Source: Acidobacteriota bacterium
GTDB lineage: Bacteria > Acidobacteriota > Thermoanaerobaculia > Gp7-AA8
Reading direction: 5' to 3'
Length of the DNA: 64,000 bases
Assembly: GCA_019244185.1 (NCBI GenBank)
Contig: JAFATB010000014.1
Coordinates: 512,001-576,000 of the forward strand
A model generated the notes under the pieces. It was not told where the DNA came from. It saw nothing but the letters and a program-made list of their open reading frames with translations, and did not search any database. This document shows positions 37,165-46,974 of this stretch, one piece after another (within the stretch, counting starts at the first letter, position 1; each line of letters begins with the position of its first letter). Both the position numbers and the translations under genes were made by a program.

Positions 37165-38682
37165 ATGTTCAACGACAAAGACATCAAGGCGCTGGCTTAC
37201 GAGAAGTCGATCGAGCCGGATCGCGTCTACGCGGCGCTCGAAGATGCGCTTTCGACCGCGGCGCGCAAGTACTACAAGACGCGCGAGCCGATCGAGGCGA
37301 AGATCAACCGCACCGACGGCTCCGTGATCGTCATGGCGGTCAAGGAAGTGGTCGCCGACGAGAACGAGATCGAAGACCCGCAGGCGCAGTGGACGCTCGC
37401 GGCCGCGCGCAAAGTCGACTCCAACGCGGAGATCGGCACGCCGATCCGCCTGCCGTTCATCACCAAGGAAGTCGTGGACGTCGTCCGCGATCCGAACACG
37501 CAGATCCGCACGTACGAGGCGCAGAAGCTCGACTCCGAGGTCGAACAGGGCGATGAAGTGAAGATCGTGCTCAGCGGCAATGCCGCAGAGTTCGGCCGCA
37601 TCGCCGCGCAGTCGGCCAAGCAGGTCCTCTATCAGAAGGTCCGCGAGGCGGAGCGCGAGAAGGTCTTCAACGAGTTCAAGGACAAGATGGGCGAGCTCGA
37701 AAACGGCTACGTGAAGCGTTTCGAGCGCGGCGACATGATCATCGATCTCAACGGCAAGACCGAGGGGATCATCCCGCGCTCGCAGCAGTCGCGCGCGGAG
37801 CGTTACTCGCAGGGCGACCGCATCAAGGCCGTCATCGTCGACGTCCATACGCAGCCGAAGGGACCGCAGGTCGTGCTCTCGCGCACGGACCCGCGTCTGC
37901 TCATCAAGCTCTTCGAGATGGAAGTGCCGGAGATCTACGACGGAACGGTCGTGATCAAGGGCGCCGTGCGCGAGCCGGGCGAGCGCGCGAAGATCGCGGT
38001 CATGTCGCGCGAGCGCGACGTCGATCCGGTCGGCGCGTGCGTGGGCATGAAGGGCTCGCGCGTGCAGTCCATCATCCGCGAGTTGCGCGGCGAGAAGATC
38101 GACATCATTCCCTGGCACGACGACATCGTGAACTACGCGCAGAACGCGCTCGCGCCGGCGAAGATCACCCGCGTCTCCGTCACCAGCGACGAGAGCGCGC
38201 ATCGCCCGCACCTCGACGTCATCGTCGACAACGACCAGCTCTCGCTCGCCATCGGCAAGCGCGGCCTCAACGTCCGGCTCGCGGCGGAGCTCATCGGCGC
38301 GAAGATCGACATCAAGTCCGAAGAGGAAGTGAAGGGCGAGGTCGCGGACGCGCTTGCGGCCATGCTGCAGGAAGCGATGGCCGAGACGCGCGCGCAGACC
38401 GCCGTCACCGAGATCGAAAACATGCCCGAGGATTGGGCGCAGCTGCTCGAGGACGCCGGCTACGACGACCTCGACTCCGTGATCAACGCCTCCGTCGAAG
38501 ACCTCACGGCCATCGAAGGCGTCGACGAGGAGACCGCGGCGAAAATGATCGAGCTCGCGCGCAAGCACGAGCAGGTCGATGAAGGCGATGGCGATGCTGT
38601 CGCCGAAGAAGGCGACGAAGACGACGATGCAGCGGCGGAAGAGGCTTCCGACGAGCAGCAGGAAGAAGCCTCGGTCGAATGA
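37165..38682 (+). CDS. nusA: Transcription termination factor NusA
   Basis: FGRIAAQSAKQV, S1 domain, KH domains (DPVGACVGMKGSRV, SLAIGKRGLNVRLA), acidic HhH tail. Confidence 0.97.
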   Translation: MFNDKDIKALAYEKSIEPDRVYAALEDALSTAARKYYKTREPIEAKINRTDGSVIVMAVKEVVADENEIEDPQAQWTLAAARKVDSNAEIGTPIRLPFITKEVVDVVRDPNTQIRTYEAQKLDSEVEQGDEVKIVLSGNAAEFGRIAAQSAKQVLYQKVREAEREKVFNEFKDKMGELENGYVKRFERGDMIIDLNGKTEGIIPRSQQSRAERYSQGDRIKAVIVDVHTQPKGPQVVLSRTDPRLLIKLFEMEVPEIYDGTVVIKGAVREPGERAKIAVMSRERDVDPVGACVGMKGSRVQSIIRELRGEKIDIIPWHDDIVNYAQNALAPAKITRVSVTSDESAHRPHLDVIVDNDQLSLAIGKRGLNVRLAAELIGAKIDIKSEEEVKGEVADALAAMLQEAMAETRAQTAVTEIENMPEDWAQLLEDAGYDDLDSVINASVEDLTAIEGVDEETAAKMIELARKHEQVDEGDGDAVAEEGDEDDDAAAEEASDEQQEEASVE

Positions 38683-38741
38683 TCGGGTCCCTCATCATGT
38701 GACGCGCGAAGCCCGGCGGTAAACAGATCCAAGGAGATTGA

Positions 38742-41693
38742 ATGGCGGCAGCAAAGATTCGAGTGAGCGACATCGCGAAGAGGATGGGCAAGTCCGAGAA
38801 GGACGTCATCTTCCAGCTCCAGTCGCTCGGCGCGGAGGTCTCCGACGCCTCCCAGGTGCTCGAGCCTGAAGTGATTCAGGCGTTGATCACCGGGAAGAAG
38901 CTGACCACGCGCACGCGCAGCGTCATCATGCGCGAGGACAAACCGCAGGTCGAAAAGAAGAAGGAAGCGGTGCGTCCGCCACGCCCGATCGTGCAGCCGC
39001 CGGTGCGCGCCAAACGCGAGGTGCCGAAGGAAGAGCCGGTCGTTGCGCCCGCGCAGCCGGCTGTCATCATCCAGGAGTTCGTGGAGGCCGCGGAAGCCGA
39101 AGAGCGCGCCGCGAAGGAAGCGCCGCCGGCTCCCGAGAAGCACCCGAAGGTCGCCGCCGAAGCCGCGCCCGCCGTCGAAACGCCGGAGCCGGAAGTCAGC
39201 GAAGCGCCGCGCGAGGCGCCCGCCGCCGCAGCAGCGGCGCAGCCGTCCGCACCGGCGCCGGCAGCACCGGAGCGTCCGCGCGTCACGCCGCCGCGTCCGA
39301 TCACGCCGCCTCCCGCGGGCGCCGATCGCCGCCCGACCGGTCCCACCGGTCCGCGCGCGCGTGCGCCGCAGGGTCCGCGTCCGAACTACGCCGGCCAGCA
39401 GACCGTGCCGACCGGCCGTCCGATGAACGCGCCGGGCGCGCCGTCGGGTCCGCGTCCCAACGCGCCGATGGGCGCGCGTCCCGCCGGTCCTGGCGGTCCG
39501 CGTCCCGGCGGTCCGATGGGTCAGCGTCCGGGCGGTCCGATGGGAGCGCGTCCTGCCGGTGGTCCTGGCGGCATGCGCGGTCCGGGCACGGGTCCGGGCA
39601 ACTTCCGCCCCGCGGGCGGACGTCCGATGAATACGCCGCCTCCGCCACCGATGGTGCCGGGCGCGAACATCATCCGTCGCAAGAAAGAAGACGAGACCTC
39701 GGACGATCGCGAGAAGAAGAAGAGCACGCAGAAGCGCGGCAAGACCGTGCGCGCCGCGGAGTTCGATCAGGAACTGCTGACCAAGGGACCCTTCTCGGGC
39801 ACGCAGGTCATCAACGACGACATCGGTCCGGACATCGTCCTGCCCGACGTCGACGAGCCGAAGCGTGTCTCCTCGCGCCGCGACGCCCGCAAGCAGTCCG
39901 CGCCGAACGCGCGCGTGCTCGAGTTCAAGCGTCCCACCGGACGCGTGGCCCTCACCGAAGGCGTCACCGTGAAGGAACTCGCCGAAAAGATCGACGTCAA
40001 GGCGAGCGATCTCATGAAGCACCTCTTCATGAAGAAGGGGCTCATGGTCTCGATCAACCAGCCGCTCGGCGGCGAGCTCGCACTCGAAGTGTCGCGCGAG
40101 CTCGGCATCGACGCGGAAATCGTCTCCTTCGAAGAAGCGGTCGAGATGGAAGCGATGGAGCGTACCGAGGTCACCGGCACCGTGCCGCGCGGCCCGGTCA
40201 TCACCGTCATGGGTCACGTCGACCACGGCAAGACCTCGCTCCTCGACGCCATCCGAGAAACGAATGTCGCCGGCGGTGAAGCGGGCGGCATCACGCAGCA
40301 CATCGGCGCGTATCACGTCGAGAAGCGCGGCCGGAAGATCGTCTTCCTCGACACGCCGGGCCACGAGGCCTTCACGATGATGCGCGCGCGCGGCGCGAAG
40401 GTGACGGACATCGTCATCCTCGTCGTCGCCGCGGACGACGGTGTCATGCCGCAGACGAAGGAAGCGATCGATCACGCGAAGGCCGCGAAGGTCCCGATGA
40501 TCGTGGCCATCAACAAGATCGACAAGCCGAACGCGAACGTCGAGCGCGTGCGCCGCGAGCTCGCGGATGCGAACGTGCTCGTCGAGCAGTGGGGCGGCGA
40601 AGTCGTCTCCGTCGAGGTCTCGGCCGTGAAGCGCCAGGGCATCGACGACCTGCTCGACATGATCCTGCTCACCGCCGACATCCTCGATCTCAAGGCGAAC
40701 CCCGACATGCCCGCCAAGGGCGTGGTGCTCGAGGCGCGCAAGGAAGTCGGCCGCGGCATCGTCGCCACCGCGCTCATTCAGGACGGCACGCTGAAGATCG
40801 GCGATCCGTTCTTCTCCGGCTCCACGTGGGGCCGCGTGCGCGCGATGACCGACGAGCGCGGCGAGCGCATCAAGGACGCCGGTCCCGCGACGCCGGTGCA
40901 GGTCACCGGTTTCGAAGACGTCCCGAACGCCGGCGACTCCATCGCCGTCGTCGACGACGATACGCAGGCGCGCATGATCGGCCAGATGCGGCAGGAGAAA
41001 GTGCGCGAGGCGGCCCAGCAGAAGGGCGGCCGCATGTCGCTCGATCAGCTGTTCCAGCGCATGCAGAGCGGCGGTGTCAAGGAACTGAACCTCATCGTCA
41101 AAGCGGACGTGCAGGGCTCGGTCGAAGTGCTCAACGAGACGCTGCGCAAGCTCTCGACCAGCGAGGTCAAAGTCAGCGTCATCCACTCCTCGGTCGGGGC
41201 GATTTCGACGAACGACGTGCTCCTCGCGACGGCGTCCGACGCGATCGTGGTCGGCTTCAACGTCCGCCCCGAGCGCAACGCGTCCGAGCTCGCGGAGAAG
41301 GAAGGCGTCGACGTCCGCCTCTACACCGTCATCTACACCCTGGTCGACGAGATCAAGGGCGCGATGGTCGGCCTGCTCGATCCGAAGTTCCAGGAAGTCT
41401 TCCAGGGCCGCGCCGAAGTGCGCGACACGTTCAAGGTGCCGAAGATCGGCGTCATCGCCGGCTGCATGGTCACCGACGGCGTGATCCCGCGCACGGCCAG
41501 CGTCCGCCTGCTGCGCGACAACCGCGTGATTTACGAGGGAAAGATCGGCTCGCTCCGCCACTTCAAGAACGACGTTGCGGAAGTCCGCCAGGGCTTCGAG
41601 TGCGGCATCGGCATCGAGAAGTTCCAGGACATCAAGAACGGCGACGTGATCGAAGCCTTCAAAATCGAGAAGCTCGAGCCGGCGCTGGGCTGA
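38742..41693 (+). CDS. infB: Translation initiation factor IF-2
   Basis: [32 protein letters not shown]. Confidence 0.98.
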   Translation: MAAAKIRVSDIAKRMGKSEKDVIFQLQSLGAEVSDASQVLEPEVIQALITGKKLTTRTRSVIMREDKPQVEKKKEAVRPPRPIVQPPVRAKREVPKEEPVVAPAQPAVIIQEFVEAAEAEERAAKEAPPAPEKHPKVAAEAAPAVETPEPEVSEAPREAPAAAAAAQPSAPAPAAPERPRVTPPRPITPPPAGADRRPTGPTGPRARAPQGPRPNYAGQQTVPTGRPMNAPGAPSGPRPNAPMGARPAGPGGPRPGGPMGQRPGGPMGARPAGGPGGMRGPGTGPGNFRPAGGRPMNTPPPPPMVPGANIIRRKKEDETSDDREKKKSTQKRGKTVRAAEFDQELLTKGPFSGTQVINDDIGPDIVLPDVDEPKRVSSRRDARKQSAPNARVLEFKRPTGRVALTEGVTVKELAEKIDVKASDLMKHLFMKKGLMVSINQPLGGELALEVSRELGIDAEIVSFEEAVEMEAMERTEVTGTVPRGPVITVMGHVDHGKTSLLDAIRETNVAGGEAGGITQHIGAYHVEKRGRKIVFLDTPGHEAFTMMRARGAKVTDIVILVVAADDGVMPQTKEAIDHAKAAKVPMIVAINKIDKPNANVERVRRELADANVLVEQWGGEVVSVEVSAVKRQGIDDLLDMILLTADILDLKANPDMPAKGVVLEARKEVGRGIVATALIQDGTLKIGDPFFSGSTWGRVRAMTDERGERIKDAGPATPVQVTGFEDVPNAGDSIAVVDDDTQARMIGQMRQEKVREAAQQKGGRMSLDQLFQRMQSGGVKELNLIVKADVQGSVEVLNETLRKLSTSEVKVSVIHSSVGAISTNDVLLATASDAIVVGFNVRPERNASELAEKEGVDVRLYTVIYTLVDEIKGAMVGLLDPKFQEVFQGRAEVRDTFKVPKIGVIAGCMVTDGVIPRTASVRLLRDNRVIYEGKIGSLRHFKNDVAEVRQGFECGIGIEKFQDIKNGDVIEAFKIEKLEPALG

Positions 41694-41700
41694 TGCGTCA

Positions 41701-41786
41701 AACGATGAATGCTGAACGATGAACGATGAACCGGGCGAAACCGGTCATCGTTCATGTTCATCGTTCCGCGTTCATCGCTCATCGTT
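41701..41786. repeat. Inverted array of heptamer tandem repeats
   Basis: AACGATG-like x4, CCGG-GCGAAA-CCGG, then CATCGTT-like x6. Confidence 0.85.
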
Positions 41787-41795
41787 CGTGTTCAC

Positions 41796-42101
41796 ATGAT
41801 CGTCGCCGTCGCGCTGTTCGAGTTGCACATCGAGTACGCCGAGTCGCTCAAGGACAAGCGCATGGTCGTGCGCAGCGTGCGCGACAAGCTCCGCCGCCGC
41901 TTCAAGGTCGCGGTCAACGAGGTCGCGTTCCAGGATCTGCATCAGCGCGCGCGCCTCGCCGTTGCCCTGATCGCCGACCGCAACGACTCGGCAGACTCGT
42001 TGCTCGATACAATCCAGCGGTTCGTCGAGTCGAACACCGACGCGGTGCTCACCGGCTGGATCAACGAGAAGCTCGACTTCGACGAAGAAGCGGATCTATG
42101 A
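41796..42101 (+). CDS. DUF503 (YlxP) family protein
   Basis: ELHI...SLKDKRMVV...FKVAVNEV...DLHQRA. Usual position between infB and rbfA. Confidence 0.9.
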   Translation: MIVAVALFELHIEYAESLKDKRMVVRSVRDKLRRRFKVAVNEVAFQDLHQRARLAVALIADRNDSADSLLDTIQRFVESNTDAVLTGWINEKLDFDEEADL

Positions 42102-42102
42102 A

Positions 42103-42537
42103 ATGAAGAAAACACGCAGAACGTCCCGCGTCGGCGAGAACGTGCGCGATGCGCTCGCCGCGGTCCTTCGCCACGATCTGAAAGGCGTCGACGTCGGCTG
42201 GTCGTCCATCAGCGAAGTCGAAGTCAGTCCCGATCTTCACTACGCCCGCGTCTACATGACCGGACTCGAGGAAGAGAAGACGAAGGAAGCCGTGGCCGCG
42301 CTGCGCAAGGCCGCCGGCCAGATCCGCCACGCCCTCGGCAAGCGCATTCACCTCCGCTACACGCCGGAGCTCGACTTCCGCTACGACGAGACGGCCATGC
42401 GCGCGCTGCGCATCGAGACCATCCTCCACGAAGTGATGCCGCCGAAAGGCGAAGACGCCGAACCCGAAAGCCCCGACGCGAATGCCGACGACGCGAATGA
42501 CGACCACGGAAACGACGAACCCGACACCGAATCCTGA
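42103..42537 (+). CDS. rbfA: Ribosome-binding factor A
   Basis: VEVSPDLHYARVY, LRYTPELDFRYD. Confidence 0.95.
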   Translation: MKKTRRTSRVGENVRDALAAVLRHDLKGVDVGWSSISEVEVSPDLHYARVYMTGLEEEKTKEAVAALRKAAGQIRHALGKRIHLRYTPELDFRYDETAMRALRIETILHEVMPPKGEDAEPESPDANADDANDDHGNDEPDTES

Positions 42538-43498
42538 CGCCGCCGCGCGCGAGGTCGCCGAGCGCATCCGCGCCGGACGCAACTTCCTCATCACCTCGCA
42601 CCGCAATCCCGACGGCGACGCGCTCGGCAGCGGGCTCGCGTTGCAGGGACTCATCCGCAAGATGGGCAAGGATGCGCGCGTCGTCGTGCGCGACGGCTTC
42701 GGCAAGCCGCTCTACAACATCCCCGGCGCGCGGGAAGTGACGGTGAGCGACGTGCTGCCGCCCGACTATCCCTCCGCGTACGACGCGATCTTCACGATGG
42801 AATGTCCCGAGGTCGAGCGCACCGGCTTCAACGTGCTGCCCGGTCCCGCGGTCAACATCGATCATCACCTCGGCAATCGCATGTACGGCGAGATCAACTA
42901 CCTCGACGTCGACGCGCCGTCGGTCGGCGAGATGGTGCTGCAGCTCAACCGCAATCATCTGCAACTCGAGCTCGATCGCGACATCGCCATCGCGATGTAC
43001 GTCTCGCTCGCGACGGACACCGGCTTCTTCCGCTATCACAACACGACGTTGCGCGCGTTCGAAGCCGCGCGGGAGCTCGTGCGCCACGGCGTCGTCCCAG
43101 GAGACGTCTCGCTCTGGATCAACGAGAGCGTCACCCGCGGCTCGATCCAGCTCCTCGGCCTCTGCCTCACCACGCTCGAGATGCACGCCGGCGGCAAGAT
43201 CGCCACGCTCGAGCTTCCGCGGCGCTTCTTCGCCGACGCCGGCGCGACGCCCGAGGACACCGAGGGCATCGTCAACTACGGCCGCAACATCGAAGGCGTG
43301 CTCGTCTCCGCGCTGCTGAAGGAAGGCGACAACGGAACGACGCGCGTCTCGCTGCGCGCGAAGCCCGGCATCGACGTGCAGCAGGTCGCGGCGCGTTACG
43401 GCGGCGGCGGACACGCGGCCGCGAGCGGATGCACGATGCCGATGGCGATCGGTGACGCGAAGCGCGAGCTGGTCGCGATTCTTGCGGCGATCGTCTAG
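42497..43498 (+). CDS. nrnA: DHH family nanoRNase / pAp phosphatase
   Basis: SHRNPDGDALGS, NIDHH, TDTGFF, YGGGGHAAASG. Start 42482 or 42497. Confidence 0.9.
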   Translation: MTTTETTNPTPNPDAAAREVAERIRAGRNFLITSHRNPDGDALGSGLALQGLIRKMGKDARVVVRDGFGKPLYNIPGAREVTVSDVLPPDYPSAYDAIFTMECPEVERTGFNVLPGPAVNIDHHLGNRMYGEINYLDVDAPSVGEMVLQLNRNHLQLELDRDIAIAMYVSLATDTGFFRYHNTTLRAFEAARELVRHGVVPGDVSLWINESVTRGSIQLLGLCLTTLEMHAGGKIATLELPRRFFADAGATPEDTEGIVNYGRNIEGVLVSALLKEGDNGTTRVSLRAKPGIDVQQVAARYGGGGHAAASGCTMPMAIGDAKRELVAILAAIV

Positions 43499-43500
43499 TT

Positions 43501-43571
43501 TTTGAATTCGTTCAAATTTCTCCTTGACGCTGGCGAGCCACCGACTTACCTTACTTTTGAACACGTTCGAA
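43501..43571 (+). promoter_or_regulatory. Sigma70 promoter flanked by two TetR-type operators
   Basis: TTGACG(43524)-N17-TACCTT(43547). TTTGAA-N4-TTCAAA at 43501-43516 and TTTGAA-N4-TTCGAA at 43556-43571. Confidence 0.8.
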
Positions 43572-43584
43572 AGAGAGGAAGCCA

Positions 43585-43983
43585 ATGCTCATAGTCACCA
43601 CCTACGCCGTCTACCTGGTCATCAGCATCACCGTCACGATCTGGGTCGCGCAGACGCTCCAGAAGCACGGGCGGGTGTTTCTCGTTGACTCGTTTCTCGG
43701 CAACGAGACGCTCGCCGACTCGGTCAACCACCTGCTCGTGGTCGGCTTCTATCTGATCAACATCGGCTACGTCTCGCTGGCGTTGCGAATGAGCGACCGC
43801 CCGGCCGACGCGGCGGAGGCGATCGAGCGGCTGAGCACGAAGATCGGCGTCGTGCTGCTGATCCTCGGCGTGATGCACTTCATCAACATCCGCATCTTCT
43901 CGTCGATGCGCCGCCGCGCCATCGAAGGCGCGCGTCCGCCCGTGCGCCCGCAGCAGTACGTCGTGCCGCCGGTGGAGGCCTGA
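43585..43983 (+). CDS. Small three-TM hypothetical membrane protein
   Basis: SD GAGG. GRVFLVDSF...ADSVNHLLVVGFYLINIGY...KIGVVLLILGVMHF. Confidence 0.8.
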   Translation: MLIVTTYAVYLVISITVTIWVAQTLQKHGRVFLVDSFLGNETLADSVNHLLVVGFYLINIGYVSLALRMSDRPADAAEAIERLSTKIGVVLLILGVMHFINIRIFSSMRRRAIEGARPPVRPQQYVVPPVEA

Positions 43984-43985
43984 CC

Positions 43986-44936
43986 GTGAAGATCGTCATC
44001 GCCGGCGGCTCGGGGCACCTCGGCCGCATCCTTACGCGTGCGCTTTCCGTTGAACACGACGTCGTCGTGCTGACGCGCGACGAGAACCACGCCGGCGTGC
44101 TGTGGGACGGCAGGACGCTCGGTCCTTGGTCGGCGGAGCTCGATGGCGCGGATGTGCTCATCAACCTCGCCGGACGCAGCGTCGACTGCCGCTACGACGC
44201 GGCGCACCGCGCGGAGATTCTCGCGTCACGCGTGGAGTCGACGCGCGTCCTCGGCGAGGCCATCGCCCGCGCGAAGCGGCCGCCGCGCGTCTGGCTGCAG
44301 TCGAGCACGGCCACGATCTACGCGCATCGCTACGACGCGGACAACGGCGAGGTCACGGGACGCATCGGCGGCAACGAGCCGGACACGCCGGAAGCGTGGC
44401 GCTTCAGCATCGAGGTCGCCGAGGCGTGGGAGCGCGCGTGCGATGAGGCGCGCACGCCGAGGACGCGGAAGGTGAAGCTGCGCACGGCGATGGTGATGAG
44501 CGCGGAGGAAGGCGGCGCGTTTCGCGCGATGCTGCGGCACGTTCGGCTGCGTTTCGGACGCTTCGGCGACGGGCGGCAGTACATGTCGTGGATACACGAG
44601 CGCGATTTTGTCGCCGCGGTGCGCTGGCTCATCGCGGATGACGAGGTCGGCGGCGTCGTGAACCTCGCCGCGCCGCATCCGCTGCCGAACGGCGACTTCC
44701 TGCGCGCGATTGCGAAGGCGTGGGGCACGCGGCTGGCGATTCCGACCGGAGGACTCGTGCTGCGATTCGGCGCGTGGCTGCTGCGCACGGAGCCGGAGCT
44801 CGTGCTCAAGAGCCGCCGCGTGGTGTCGCGGCGTCTGGCGGAGCGCGGCTTCCGCTTCGCGTTCACCGAATGGCCCGATGCGGCGCGCGAGCTCTGCGCG
44901 CGTGTGCGCGCCGGCGCGGAAGGGAGCACGTGGTGA
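43986..44936 (+). CDS. TIGR01777-like NAD-dependent epimerase (DUF1731)
   Basis: IAGGSGHLG, INLAGRSV, SRVEST, GRQYMSWIH, ELVLKSRRV. Confidence 0.88.
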   Translation: MKIVIAGGSGHLGRILTRALSVEHDVVVLTRDENHAGVLWDGRTLGPWSAELDGADVLINLAGRSVDCRYDAAHRAEILASRVESTRVLGEAIARAKRPPRVWLQSSTATIYAHRYDADNGEVTGRIGGNEPDTPEAWRFSIEVAEAWERACDEARTPRTRKVKLRTAMVMSAEEGGAFRAMLRHVRLRFGRFGDGRQYMSWIHERDFVAAVRWLIADDEVGGVVNLAAPHPLPNGDFLRAIAKAWGTRLAIPTGGLVLRFGAWLLRTEPELVLKSRRVVSRRLAERGFRFAFTEWPDAARELCARVRAGAEGSTW

Positions 44937-45346
44937 TCGACACTCTGTACGTGTTGTACGACGCGCGTTGCGGCATCTGCTCGCGCGTCCGCGCGTGGAT
45001 GCAGCAGCAGCCGGCGTACGTCGCGCTGGCATTCGTCGCCGCGGGCTCGGAGCGCGCGCGGCGGCTCTTCCCCGATCTCGACCACGACGCCGACCCGCGC
45101 GAGCTCGTCGTGATCACGAACGAAGGCGCGGTGTACGTCGACGACGCGGCGTGGCTGCTCTGTCTCTGGGCGCTCGCCGACTATCGCACTTGGGCGTTCC
45201 GATTCGCGCGCGGCCCGCTGCGGCCGCTCGCGCGCGTCGCGTGGCAACTGCTGTCGGAGAATCGCCGCGAGCTTGCACGTATCCTTGCGTTACGCAGTGA
45301 TGAGGAGGTGGCCCGTGAGCTCGAACGGCAGCCGGAGACTTGTTAG
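44933..45346 (+). CDS. DCC1-like thiol-disulfide oxidoreductase (DUF393)
   Basis: VLYDARCGIC (DxxCxxC). GTGA overlap. Confidence 0.85.
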   Translation: MIDTLYVLYDARCGICSRVRAWMQQQPAYVALAFVAAGSERARRLFPDLDHDADPRELVVITNEGAVYVDDAAWLLCLWALADYRTWAFRFARGPLRPLARVAWQLLSENRRELARILALRSDEEVARELERQPETC

Positions 45347-46283
45347 CGCCTTCGTCGCCGCGCTGTTCGTCGCCGCGGTGATCGACGGCCTGATCGCGCT
45401 GTCGACGGACATCGCGTACTCGTACGGTGTCGCGCTGTTTCTCCTCGTGCCGTTCGTCATCGGCTTCTCCACGACGGCGCTGCTCGCAATCACGGCTCCG
45501 CGCACGCTCGGCTTCTCGGTGCTGATCTCGCTGCTCAGCGGTGCCCTGGTCGTCTTCGGCATGCTGCTCATGCAGCGCGAGGGTCTCGTCTGTGCGCTGA
45601 TGGCGTCGCCGATCGGCATCCCGTTCGTGATCGGCGGTGCAGCGACGTCGTATGGCTTCTTCCACAAACGCCGCGTGCCGGGCGGAGGTACCGCGGCGAT
45701 CCTCGCGTTCGTGCTCGCCGCCGGTGCGATCGTGCTGGAGGCGTCGGTGCGCCGCGCGTCGTCGCCGGTCTACTCGGTCGCGGACTCGATCGTCGTCGAC
45801 GCGAGTCGCGCGGAGGTCTGGCGCACGATCGTCGCGCTCGGCGAGGTGCGTCCGGCCAAAGGCGATCTGCTCTTTCGCGCCGGCATTGCCTGTCCGCTGC
45901 AGACGCGCATCGCGCGCGGCAGCGTCGGCGGACTGCGCGTCTGCACGCTTACGACCGGCACGCTCATCGAGCGTATCGATGTCTGGCAGCCGGGCCAGCG
46001 GCTGGCGTGGCGCGCGCTGTCGACACCGCCGCCGCTGCACGAGCTCAATCCGTTCGGCGAAGTCGATCCGCCGCATTTGCACGGCTTCTATCGCAACATC
46101 CGCGGCGAGTTCGTGATCGAATCGCTCGGGCCGCGGCGCACGCGCGTCACGCGCCGCACGTGGTATCAGCACGACTTGTTTCCCGCCGCGTACTGGCGTA
46201 TCTGGTGTGACTTCGGCGCGTCGAAGATCCAGCGCTTCGTGCTGGAGGAAGTGCGGCGCCGCGCGGAGGGCTTGCCGATTTGA
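45315..46283 (+). CDS. Membrane protein with C-terminal SRPBCC-like domain
   Basis: SD GAGGAGG, GTG 45315. About five TMs (EGLVCALMASP), then VDASRAEVWRTI and LFRAGIACP. Confidence 0.75.
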   Translation: MSSNGSRRLVSAFVAALFVAAVIDGLIALSTDIAYSYGVALFLLVPFVIGFSTTALLAITAPRTLGFSVLISLLSGALVVFGMLLMQREGLVCALMASPIGIPFVIGGAATSYGFFHKRRVPGGGTAAILAFVLAAGAIVLEASVRRASSPVYSVADSIVVDASRAEVWRTIVALGEVRPAKGDLLFRAGIACPLQTRIARGSVGGLRVCTLTTGTLIERIDVWQPGQRLAWRALSTPPPLHELNPFGEVDPPHLHGFYRNIRGEFVIESLGPRRTRVTRRTWYQHDLFPAAYWRIWCDFGASKIQRFVLEEVRRRAEGLPI

Positions 46284-46957
46284 CGACGGAACGGGGACAG
46301 ACGGCGAAGGCGGAGGAGACGCGCGGGCGCATTCTCGACGGCGCGCTGCGTCTCTTTCGCGAGCACGGTTTCGCGGAGACGACGATGCGCGATGTCGCAT
46401 CCGAGGCAGGCGTGGCGACGGGAGCGGCTTACTACTATTACCGGTCGAAAGAAGATCTGGTGATGGCGTTCTACCTCCGCTCCGACAAGGAGGCGGGGGA
46501 GGCGTTCGCGAAGGCGATCGCATCGTCGAAGGACATCAAGAAGCGCATCCGCGGAATCATCGACGCGAAGTTCGCGCAGTTCGCGGAGCATCGCAGCCTG
46601 CTCACCGCGCTGCTGAAAGCGGGCGTCGATCCGCGCGATCCGCTCTCGCCGTTCGGACCGGAAACGAAGGAAGTGCGAGACGACAACATCGCGTGGTACG
46701 CGCGCGCCATCGAAGGCTCCGATCTCACGGTGCCGAAAGACGTCGCGCCATATCTGCCGCGGATGCTGTGGCTGTATCACATGGGCCTCATCTACTTCTG
46801 GATCATCGACGAGTCGCCGGGGCAGCGGCGCACGCAGCGGCTCGTCGATACGTCGCTCGATCTCCTCGTGCAGCTCCTGCGCGTCTCCTCGCTGCCGCTC
46901 ATGGGACCGCTGCGCAAGCGCGCGCTGAAAGTGCTGCGCGCGGTCGAGGAGGAGTGA
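46280..46957 (+). CDS. TetR-family transcriptional regulator
   Basis: ILDGALRLFREHGFAETTMRDVASEAGVATGAAYYYYRSKEDL. Confidence 0.93.
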   Translation: MTTERGQTAKAEETRGRILDGALRLFREHGFAETTMRDVASEAGVATGAAYYYYRSKEDLVMAFYLRSDKEAGEAFAKAIASSKDIKKRIRGIIDAKFAQFAEHRSLLTALLKAGVDPRDPLSPFGPETKEVRDDNIAWYARAIEGSDLTVPKDVAPYLPRMLWLYHMGLIYFWIIDESPGQRRTQRLVDTSLDLLVQLLRVSSLPLMGPLRKRALKVLRAVEEE

Positions 46958-46974
46958 ACTATCATCCGCGCCGG

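Noticed and set aside
41701-41786. Possible CRISPR array or tRNA
   Set aside because: Contiguous heptamers without unique spacers, and no cloverleaf or T-loop motif.
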